A stretch of 64,000 nt of DNA from Candidatus Aenigmatarchaeota archaeon (GTDB lineage: Archaea > Aenigmatarchaeota > Aenigmatarchaeia > GW2011-AR5). Positions 56,377-64,000 of the stretch are shown here, one piece after another; the stretch's first letter is position 1, and each line of letters opens with the position of its first letter. The stretch is taken from positions 32,001-96,000 of the forward strand of contig JACQID010000008.1 of NCBI GenBank assembly GCA_016198685.1, read 5' to 3'. The notes beneath the pieces were generated by a model. That model worked only from the letters and a program-made list of their open reading frames with translations. It searched no databases and was not told the DNA's origin. The position numbers and the translations under genes were made by a program.

Positions 56377-56448
56377 TCTATTTATTGCGCTTTTTCCAAG
56401 TATTGCCAGAGAACCATGGAATTAGGTTTAGCTATAGCGGTGTGATGG

Positions 56449-59400
56449 ATGCCTATCAAAAATGAAGAGCGGGATAAAATAGTAAAGGATGCTCTGGCTT
56501 CCATGATAGTCGGCATAGCGCCTGCGCAGGTTTATGCCAATATAGTAACTGACATATTGGCGATATACCCAACGATGTCTCATCATGAAGTAAACGAAAT
56601 AGCATATGATATCTCCCAAGAAGTGCGCATCGAATTCCGAGTGAATCAGGGCAAGCTACGTCTCGCGGAAGAGCGTGAAGGCTGGACACAGAGTCAAATA
56701 GCGGGTCAAGGCAGGGTAATCAGAGGGCAGCGGGCAGTGGAGAACGGTCCTGTCGCACCGGCCATACGGGATTATCGTTATGCAAGGCAGGATGTAAAAA
56801 ATGCGGTTGGGGCAAGTACCGACTGGTGGAAGCGGAGGAAGGCGTCCGCTCTTTCTTTTCTTGGTGACGAGTCCGGTGCGGCACAGCAATTACGCGAAGC
56901 CGAGCAATACAGGCGACGTCGGGAGATAGACGACATGATTGACGTGTTGCGTCGGGAGATAGACGACATGAAATCGCAATTCTCCCTTCAGCCCGTTGGT
57001 GGTCGCGACCGCGAAACGTTAAAACATGATATAGACGAACGTCTGGAGAGGATAGAGAAGCTCAACGAGGAAAAGTCGAAATACTACTATACGCCGAGCG
57101 GCGCCATGCGTGCAGGTGCCCGCTCGCTCGGTCGCCCACTCATGGGCAGGGTTGCAAACGCTTCTTCCGGATGGAACCTGAACAGCGAGCAGGCCATGCA
57201 TCCGCTTGCCAGAAGCCGTGTGAACAAGGCCCGGCAGAAGTTGCGCAAAGAAGGAGACGAGATGTTCAAGGAACTTATGGAAGGTGCAGAAAAGGAAATA
57301 AGGCGGGAAGAAGAATCGTTTGAAGCGGCAAAAAAGAAATATGAGAAGGAAAAGGAAGCCGCAGCAAAATTTGTAGTCGGAACGACTGGAAATCATAGGA
57401 GTTTTTTGGATAATCTTGCTGGACATAATGACAATGAAAAATTCGGCGCGTTGCAAGGCGAAGTAAGAGCCAACATGAAGACGTCGGCGGATCGTGTATA
57501 CATAGAAAATCTCAGAGAAGCATTCACCGAGTATCAAGCTGCCAGGAAAAGTTTGGAAGACTTCCGTAAGAGCGCCTTCACACGGGACAGAACTCTTTAT
57601 GGTCTTCATCTGGTAGAAGAGAAGCTAAACAAAATAATCGGGGAACTACTTGAAGAGAACGCCCTCGGGGAAACGGATGCTGCAGGAAATTTCCATGGAA
57701 TAAAAGCGGCGGAGGAGATGCTTCACAGGGAGCGCGATATACTCATGTTCAAATACAGGGCTCGCTACCGCAACAAAGTCATGAGAGGAGTTGCAAATCT
57801 TCGCCTCTTTGCCCGAAACATGGCAATGGGCACCATGACATGGGGGGACGTGTGGCTCACGTTCTGGTACAATATCCGTGATTTCCTGTTCGGTCCGTGG
57901 ATATGGGGTAGCCTTGTTGTCATGCTTGAATGGATGCTCGTGGGCAGCTACATATCGCAGATAGCGCCTAGCGCGCTTTACTTTGTTGCGCCGATAGGAA
58001 TGGGAGGCCTTACGCTGCTTCTTAACATAGAAGGCTCAATGTCAAGGCCATGGGATTGGCTCACGCATTTTGTTTCCGGCATGCTCATAGGTTTCAGTGC
58101 CGTCATAATGGCCGTGGCCGTGATAACGCCGGAAGACATGGCGGGCTGGGACAACAGGGAATGGTTCCAGTTCTGGTTCATATGGGGCGGCGCCACGATG
58201 TTCATAGGCATATTCAGCTTTTACAATACAGGCGGCTTCCTCTTTGTATTCCAGCTCTCGGTCCTGATAATGCTGTTCGGATGGTTTGCCCTCGGACCGT
58301 ATAGAGGGGTGTATGCGGAGATCGTAGATCAGATACGGGCGCCTATCCTATTCGTCTATAATTCCTTCCGTGACGCTTTTACTGACGTATGGCTTCTAGC
58401 GACAAACCCGCAGGAATATTTCGCAAGGCAACAGCTCAAGAATGTCCGTGCGGCACAGGGCGTGAGCCTGCCTGACGGCGTAGAAATAGAAAGAATAGAC
58501 TTGCAGCCGCCAAACCCTGCACTCTCCGAGAAAGGCGGCGTCAAGCAGTCGTTCTCGGCTTCTCTTGAGATAAGAAACAAAGGAAAAGCCGATGCAAGGA
58601 ACGTGGTTGCGTGGGTTGAGTGCGACGCATTCTGCACGACGGCAACCATAGGCAACATAGATTACGTCGGCTGGCTAAAGGACATAAAGAATGCCGATAC
58701 AAGGAATCCGAACACAAAAATATCGCCTGAGTTGATAGCAGCAGCCAAGGCAGTGTCCGACAATGATCCGAAACAAGCTGAAGAATTTCTCAAAGGCTCG
58801 GGTCTCATAGAAGAAACAGTAGATAGCCCGGGGCCTTTTGTCAGGGCCGGAGGGGCCACTCTCAAGGCAGCAGCCGATGTCGCGACCGAAATAATAAAAT
58901 CGCCACAATGGATAGGGGCAAGCATAGATGCCCTTAAGGAAATCCGGGACAAGGGAAGCATGCATGCAAAGTCTCAGGCTGTGGGTTTCAAGGTCCGTGA
59001 TGCCATGCGTCCAAGCGAGGCAGCAGTGCAGACCATCACGAATATCGGCTCGCACGAAATAAGCCCTGACAGCAAGGCATATCTTTTGGTGTCTTCGCTC
59101 AAGGCTCATGTCGAATACGATTACTCGGCATCGTCAACTCTTGCGGTCAAGGTTGCGTCAAACGAGGAATACAACCAGATCCTGCGCGAAGGGCTTCTTG
59201 AAAACGTAGTTGCAAGAGGCAGCCCGACCACCGCGCAAATATCGCTAAGCGTAGGAAGGCAACCTCTGAAAGCAGGGCAGCAATATGATCTTGTCGTATC
59301 TGTAATCAACACGAGGCCCGACGGCCACGTTTATCTTGATTCCACAACGCCGATAAACATATCAATTCCTGCGTCAATGGCTACAAGTTTGTCATGCCTG

Positions 59401-59742
59401 ACTTTGGACGGCGAGTATACACCTGCTACTCCTGATACGAAAGAAGGTGCCTATAAAATATCTTACGCGCCTGGCGCAAACGTAGACATAAAGCCAAGCA
59501 AATTCTCTTCATTATTCGCGTTTACGTGCAAGTTTACAACGCCTGCCACGATAGACGCAGTAAAGACAGGTCTTATAACAGCGAAGCTTGATACATACAG
59601 GTTCAGGACAACAAAAGATATCAATGTCCGCTACTCGCCGCCGGTCGGAGTTTCCGGGCTCTTGGACAAGGGCGTAGTGATACAGGATAGCGTGACAACA
59701 ACACTGCCTTCTGCGTCTTCATCGCCGGTTGTCATCGGTTAG
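56449..59742 (+). CDS. 1097-aa membrane protein: N-terminal coiled coil, about 5-6 TMs, extracellular CARDB-like domain paralogous to downstream lipoproteins
   Basis: Charged helical N-terminal ~460 aa, hydrophobic block, LEIRNKGKADARNV, EYDYSASSTLAV, YRFRTTKDINVR. Confidence 0.85.
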   Translation: MPIKNEERDKIVKDALASMIVGIAPAQVYANIVTDILAIYPTMSHHEVNEIAYDISQEVRIEFRVNQGKLRLAEEREGWTQSQIAGQGRVIRGQRAVENGPVAPAIRDYRYARQDVKNAVGASTDWWKRRKASALSFLGDESGAAQQLREAEQYRRRREIDDMIDVLRREIDDMKSQFSLQPVGGRDRETLKHDIDERLERIEKLNEEKSKYYYTPSGAMRAGARSLGRPLMGRVANASSGWNLNSEQAMHPLARSRVNKARQKLRKEGDEMFKELMEGAEKEIRREEESFEAAKKKYEKEKEAAAKFVVGTTGNHRSFLDNLAGHNDNEKFGALQGEVRANMKTSADRVYIENLREAFTEYQAARKSLEDFRKSAFTRDRTLYGLHLVEEKLNKIIGELLEENALGETDAAGNFHGIKAAEEMLHRERDILMFKYRARYRNKVMRGVANLRLFARNMAMGTMTWGDVWLTFWYNIRDFLFGPWIWGSLVVMLEWMLVGSYISQIAPSALYFVAPIGMGGLTLLLNIEGSMSRPWDWLTHFVSGMLIGFSAVIMAVAVITPEDMAGWDNREWFQFWFIWGGATMFIGIFSFYNTGGFLFVFQLSVLIMLFGWFALGPYRGVYAEIVDQIRAPILFVYNSFRDAFTDVWLLATNPQEYFARQQLKNVRAAQGVSLPDGVEIERIDLQPPNPALSEKGGVKQSFSASLEIRNKGKADARNVVAWVECDAFCTTATIGNIDYVGWLKDIKNADTRNPNTKISPELIAAAKAVSDNDPKQAEEFLKGSGLIEETVDSPGPFVRAGGATLKAAADVATEIIKSPQWIGASIDALKEIRDKGSMHAKSQAVGFKVRDAMRPSEAAVQTITNIGSHEISPDSKAYLLVSSLKAHVEYDYSASSTLAVKVASNEEYNQILREGLLENVVARGSPTTAQISLSVGRQPLKAGQQYDLVVSVINTRPDGHVYLDSTTPINISIPASMATSLSCLTLDGEYTPATPDTKEGAYKISYAPGANVDIKPSKFSSLFAFTCKFTTPATIDAVKTGLITAKLDTYRFRTTKDINVRYSPPVGVSGLLDKGVVIQDSVTTTLPSASSSPVVIG
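56917..56971 (+). repeat. 22-bp direct repeat (33-nt period) within the CDS
   Basis: CGTCGGGAGATAGACGACATGA at 56917-56938 and 56950-56971, encoding RREIDDM twice. Confidence 0.85.
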
Positions 59743-59747
59743 AGGAA

Positions 59748-60608
59748 TTAAACGCCCATGGCGAGCCTGAAGAAATTTCTCAGTCCCGGACCCAGACCGA
59801 GGACAAGCACTATGAGCTTGAAGAGAGTTCTCTTGTTATTGTCGGCCACTTCCTTGTCTATATAATACAGGGCGGCAGGCACGACAGCGAGCTTAAGCAT
59901 GAACATGGATGCAGGGCCGAATATGGAAATGACAAAGCGCGGCAGGAAATGCTGCTCAAAGTAATCGTAGAACTGCAGGGCCGTGAATGTCGTGGAAGCG
60001 TCAAAAAGATGGGCAGATATTATCGCTGCGTTCTCCTTGGTCAGGAATTTCAATTGTGCATATTTGGGCGCAAGATACTTGTGTGTGCCGAACACTAGAA
60101 CTGCAAAGAGTGCTGCAACGGACAGCATCATGCCAACAGCGAATAAATCCTTGATATTAGGTATTAACACAGAGAGCAAAGCAAGAATAAAAACGGCTCC
60201 GATGGAAAACATGATTTTGTCATACGGGACTCGGGAAGGCTTGGAAAGAACGATGGATATTGCCAGAGCTGTGCTTGCAATAAGGAACATCGTGACATAT
60301 ATGACCGGGGACACCAAGAGCATGTTTCTTGGTCCTTCTGACGTCATGACCGTGAAAAGGCCCAAGGACATATTTTGTGATTCCAGAAGATCCTCGAAGG
60401 CCCTTAACATGGCCCCTGCGAATATATACGGCACAAGAGCAGTGAGAAGCCTCTGGTCCATGGAGATTCCACGCGATTTCAAAAGATGATAGATGCCTAT
60501 GGCCGCTGCTATGAGCATTATCCCGTAGGTTGCGGTATTCACAGGATTGTAGCCGGTATTGTAAATCACCGGATCAATGTACCATTTCTGGAAGAATTCG
60601 GAGAGCAT
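59748..60608 (-). CDS. DUF63-family membrane protein
   Basis: GYNPVNTATYG, AHLFDASTTF, YFEQHFLP, LGLGPGLRN. Confidence 0.85.
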   Translation of the reverse strand: MLSEFFQKWYIDPVIYNTGYNPVNTATYGIMLIAAAIGIYHLLKSRGISMDQRLLTALVPYIFAGAMLRAFEDLLESQNMSLGLFTVMTSEGPRNMLLVSPVIYVTMFLIASTALAISIVLSKPSRVPYDKIMFSIGAVFILALLSVLIPNIKDLFAVGMMLSVAALFAVLVFGTHKYLAPKYAQLKFLTKENAAIISAHLFDASTTFTALQFYDYFEQHFLPRFVISIFGPASMFMLKLAVVPAALYYIDKEVADNNKRTLFKLIVLVLGLGPGLRNFFRLAMGV

Positions 60609-60641
60609 AAGGTTTTTTATGCAGGGAAGATAAATAAGCCT

Positions 60642-61649
60642 ATGCTTAAAACGGGGGCATTTCTATTGCTTGTTATTCTTGCCGCCGGTTGCACGGGCCT
60701 AGGGCAGGATTTCGGCAACAACGAAATCAAGGTCAACAAGCCTGTTACAGAGGGTTCAAGCAACATAGCAGTGATCAGGGATATCAATACGATACCCACA
60801 TCTCCCGTGCTTCCAAGCGATCAAGTTGATGTTTCTTTCATAGTGGAAAATACTGACTCCCAGGAAAGTCTCAAAGGCATGACAGTGGAACTCTATGATG
60901 CTGCGAGCTTCTATAATGGGGATCCTGATGATGCGTATACAGGGCTTTGCAATATTCATGACATCTTATGCCTGCCTGAAGGCGCGTTCTGCAATGCAGA
61001 AAAATGCGAATTGAGCAATCTTGCCCCGGGAGGCCAGAAGCTCATAAATTACAAGCTTCTGGCACCGTCCGAAAGTTCGATATTGGGCCTTTCAACGGAC
61101 ATGGAACTTCGCTTTGCAGTCGAGCATGAGTTCACGGCAAAGACGACTTACAGGCCTGTCGTAGTCAATGCGGACGAGATCAAGGCGCTGCAAAGAGCAG
61201 GGCAACAAGTTTCCATTGAAGCGCCTACAAGCATCGGAAGCGGCCCTGTCAAGCTGGACGTTTCACTCAAGAACAGGGATTTCATATTGAACAGGAACAG
61301 AGCTACTTTTGAAGTGCAAGCAAGGCATGTCGGAACCGGCAGGCTTTCTGGCAATGCCATAGAGGCAGGGAAGCTGGAAGCAAGGTTCATAGGATTTACG
61401 TGCGATGAATTTGAAGAGCCGGTAGGCATCGCATTCAGAGCCAGTGCAGAAGAGAATGCCTGCAAATTCACAAATACTGAAAATATAGAGTTCTTCAGGC
61501 AGGGCTTGTCTGTGCCCATGCTGTTTGTCATGAAAGGCGTTGACATCGGGACGGTTCCGCAGAGATCATACGAGGTTGCTGCGACTGCAGATTATGCATA
61601 CAGGCTCACGGGCGTGGTGCCGATAACCGTGAAGCCCGCCGAGATATAG
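60642..61649 (+). CDS. Predicted lipoprotein, paralog 1
   Basis: MLKTGAFLLLVILAAGC lipobox-like; SFIVENT, GSGPVKLDVSL, DYAYRL; start moved to 60642. Confidence 0.82.
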   Translation: MLKTGAFLLLVILAAGCTGLGQDFGNNEIKVNKPVTEGSSNIAVIRDINTIPTSPVLPSDQVDVSFIVENTDSQESLKGMTVELYDAASFYNGDPDDAYTGLCNIHDILCLPEGAFCNAEKCELSNLAPGGQKLINYKLLAPSESSILGLSTDMELRFAVEHEFTAKTTYRPVVVNADEIKALQRAGQQVSIEAPTSIGSGPVKLDVSLKNRDFILNRNRATFEVQARHVGTGRLSGNAIEAGKLEARFIGFTCDEFEEPVGIAFRASAEENACKFTNTENIEFFRQGLSVPMLFVMKGVDIGTVPQRSYEVAATADYAYRLTGVVPITVKPAEI

Positions 61650-61657
61650 GTGAATCG

Positions 61658-62797
61658 ATGAAGTATCTTGTCGCTGCAATACTATTTTTATGCGGCTGCG
61701 TTTCTGTCACATCGCCGCAATCAGTGAACATGCTTTCCATAGACATAGCGCCGTCCGATGTCTTTGCAGGTGGCACGGCGACTGCAACACTTGAATTCCG
61801 CAATCCGGGAGGGACTGATATACGAAATGTAAAGATGTCGATTTTCAACGCTGGCGCGCTTACGCCGCAGGAATGCGATTTTGGGACGGGTCAGGCGCTC
61901 CAAGACTTTTCGCCTCAGGGCACGCTTTCGGTTTCACGCAATCCGGACAGAGGAACCGTGATTCTCGCGGCAACAGGACGCGATGACAAGGGCGTAAGCA
62001 GGGTTGGCGTCAATTTTGATGATAGCTGGCATTATTGCTATTGCGACAGTTCAGGTTCTCCTGCATGTAGGGTCTCAAGCGGAAAAAGCTGTAGCAACGA
62101 ATGGGAAATATCGGCAAGAGACGACGCTATTTATTATATCAGCGTGCTTGACAAGATAGGGCAGAGCAGCGATGCCAGCCACCCGATAACAGAAGGTACA
62201 AGCGTCACGCCATCCGGAACTCAGGATATCATCATAGACAATGTTGAGGCTGGCTCTTTCGCCATAAGGACATGCTCGCTAAAGGCGCCTGAGAAAATAG
62301 AAAACGATGTGATAAGCACGACGGTTGAAGGCAATGCCAAATTTTCCAGCACACTCTCGGGTAGCCAGGCAGTCTCGATCATCAGCGAAGAGGAATACCG
62401 GATAAGGCAAGCCAAAGATGAAGTGATTCAGTCCGCCCCTGTGCTTACGGCATCAGACGGCCGTCTTCAGCTAATGGTTAGCTTCAGCGAGGCGATGCCC
62501 GTCATAGCACGCCCGGGCAAGAAAGCTTACATATATATTGATATTTCTAATGTAGGAGGGGGCAGGATTCCGTCATTAGAAAAAGGAAGCATAACGTTGC
62601 AGGAATCCGGAGAACAGATAGTAGACAAAAGTTGCCTGGATCAGAAGTTCTACATACAAGGCGCAACATTTCCGAAGATAGCGTGCGAAATCAATTTGCC
62701 CGATAATATAAACTATTTAGAAGCCCACTCCATAATACTAAGCATAGATTACGATTATGAAATTCGTGCGTCAAAAGATGTGCAAGTAAGAAGGTGA
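61658..62797 (+). CDS. Predicted lipoprotein, paralog 2 (with an inserted Cys-containing Ig-like module)
   Basis: MKYLVAAILFLCGC; LEFRNPGG, ISNVGGG, DYDYEIRASKDVQV. Confidence 0.82.
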   Translation: MKYLVAAILFLCGCVSVTSPQSVNMLSIDIAPSDVFAGGTATATLEFRNPGGTDIRNVKMSIFNAGALTPQECDFGTGQALQDFSPQGTLSVSRNPDRGTVILAATGRDDKGVSRVGVNFDDSWHYCYCDSSGSPACRVSSGKSCSNEWEISARDDAIYYISVLDKIGQSSDASHPITEGTSVTPSGTQDIIIDNVEAGSFAIRTCSLKAPEKIENDVISTTVEGNAKFSSTLSGSQAVSIISEEEYRIRQAKDEVIQSAPVLTASDGRLQLMVSFSEAMPVIARPGKKAYIYIDISNVGGGRIPSLEKGSITLQESGEQIVDKSCLDQKFYIQGATFPKIACEINLPDNINYLEAHSIILSIDYDYEIRASKDVQVRR

Positions 62798-62801
62798 ATA
62801 T

Positions 62802-63797
62802 ATGTCTGCGATCAGGAGTCTATGTTTCATTATCATGGTTATTCTTGCGGCAGGATGCACGGCAAGTGCGCGTCCTGTTACAGTCTCTGCCAGCGACGGC
62901 CTCCAGATAAATGATTTTTCTGCCGATACGACAGATGTATTTTCGAATGAGGCCGTGAGGCTCAATCTGGAAGTCGAGAATATAGGCGGGACAACGGCGC
63001 AGAATATCAATGCCGTGCTGTTCGGAAGCGTAAGATCGTGGGAAAATGTGCCTTCAGGAGCGCAGAAGCTTGCAGATGCCATGACGCCGCCTCTTCTAGG
63101 ATCAGGCTCGCCGGGCGACATGAGCAAGCGCATATGGACCATGACCGCTCCTTACCTGCCTCAAGGCCTTTCGCAGGACTATCCTATCGGCGTGAGGGTA
63201 GGATATGACTATACTACTACATCAATAACGTCATTTGATGTCATAAATTATGACCAGTTTGATCTTCTAAGAAAGAAGGGCGAATTCGCCCAGATGGACA
63301 GCGTATCAGGCAACTCAAATGCTCCGGTGAAGGTGCAACTCACCGCTTCTTCGCCGATGAGGCCGCGCATCAGGTGCGCTGAAGATGCCTTGAATTGCAT
63401 ATCAGAAACAGTGACGCTTACATTGTCAAACGTTGGCTCCGGCGTGCCATTCAAGAAAGGCTCTAATCTTGAGGATCCCGTATCCGATGATATAGGCGTC
63501 GTGATGCTGGGAATAAGGTCAAGCGGAGGCCATCTGGAATGCGATACAGGCGTGAAGCGTGAGGATTCGGAGGAGACGACTAAAATCACGTCTTCAGGGC
63601 TGGATGTCATGCCTGAGAAAAAAGAACTCAAGCTCACAAGAGGCTTCGGCTCAGTGAGAATACCATGCACATTTCTGATGAAAGGCAGCGAGGTAACATC
63701 AGGAGTGCCCAAAGATACTATCACTGTTGAGATAGTTGCGGATTACTCTTATGCGATAGACAAGACGTTGAACGTAAAAGTCACGAGCAACGAGTAG
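62802..63797 (+). CDS. Predicted lipoprotein, paralog 3
   Basis: IIMVILAAGC; LEVENIGG, GYDYTTTS, NAPVKVQL, LSNVGSG, DYSYAIDKTLNV. Confidence 0.82.
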   Translation: MSAIRSLCFIIMVILAAGCTASARPVTVSASDGLQINDFSADTTDVFSNEAVRLNLEVENIGGTTAQNINAVLFGSVRSWENVPSGAQKLADAMTPPLLGSGSPGDMSKRIWTMTAPYLPQGLSQDYPIGVRVGYDYTTTSITSFDVINYDQFDLLRKKGEFAQMDSVSGNSNAPVKVQLTASSPMRPRIRCAEDALNCISETVTLTLSNVGSGVPFKKGSNLEDPVSDDIGVVMLGIRSSGGHLECDTGVKREDSEETTKITSSGLDVMPEKKELKLTRGFGSVRIPCTFLMKGSEVTSGVPKDTITVEIVADYSYAIDKTLNVKVTSNE

Positions 63798-63839
63798 ATC
63801 TGGGAACCTATATATACAACTTCCATACAAATCTTGAAA

Positions 63840-64000
63840 ATGCACAAACCATTTGCTTTCTTTTTGTTTGCAATCCTGGTATTGGGATGCGTTTCTTCGC
63901 AGGAATCTTCCGGAGGCTACTTGACATGGTCCAATGCAGATTATGGAGTGTCGATGCAATATCCTGCCGACTGGACCGCAAATGAAGATTCTCAATCTGT
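63840..64000 (+). CDS. Predicted lipoprotein, PsbP/DcrB-like (partial)
   Basis: Manual translation MHKPFAFFLFAILVLGCVSSQESSGGYLTWSNADYGVSMQYPADWT... Confidence 0.7.
   Translation, partial: MHKPFAFFLFAILVLGCVSSQESSGGYLTWSNADYGVSMQYPADWTANEDSQS

Noticed and set aside
56917-56971. 22-bp direct repeat as a CRISPR remnant
   Set aside because: Only two copies with an 11-nt gap, in frame within a coiled-coil CDS; a local duplication
1-64000. rRNA genes, CRISPR arrays, integrases, transposases, defence systems beyond VapBC and Fic
   Set aside because: No supporting motifs or repeat-spacer periodicity seen

Overview
Archaeal chromosome segment, most consistent with a DPANN lineage (Aenigmarchaeota-like; inference from gene content, not a phylogenetic result). 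It holds housekeeping genes (pheS fragment, glyS, ileS, hisS, top6A, top6B with a 470-aa LAGLIDADG intein, aIF-1A, Nmd3, thermosome, pyrH, nop5/fibrillarin, pelota, PINA), a type IV pilus-like operon, and a bacterial/eukaryote-type lower mevalonate pathway (MVK, PMK, MVD, type 1 IDI). Accessory genes include Fic, a VapBC pair, an amino-acid racemase, orphan paralogs and surface proteins. The most striking signal is RNA: ten tRNA genes, nine interrupted by 13 introns that I parsed by hand into bulge-helix-bulge/loop motifs, 8 at non-canonical positions. They include a three-intron tRNA-Leu(CAA), a two-intron tRNA-Ile with the rare UAU anticodon, a 10-nt intron, and an intron containing a textbook K-turn. 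The splicing endonuclease in the window has Ala at the catalytic Lys position plus a Lys-rich loop insertion. At the right end, a 1097-aa membrane protein and three tandem lipoproteins share one paralogous extracellular domain, a candidate undescribed surface complex. No rRNA or CRISPR array was seen. All alignments and RNA folds were done by eye and need computational confirmation.
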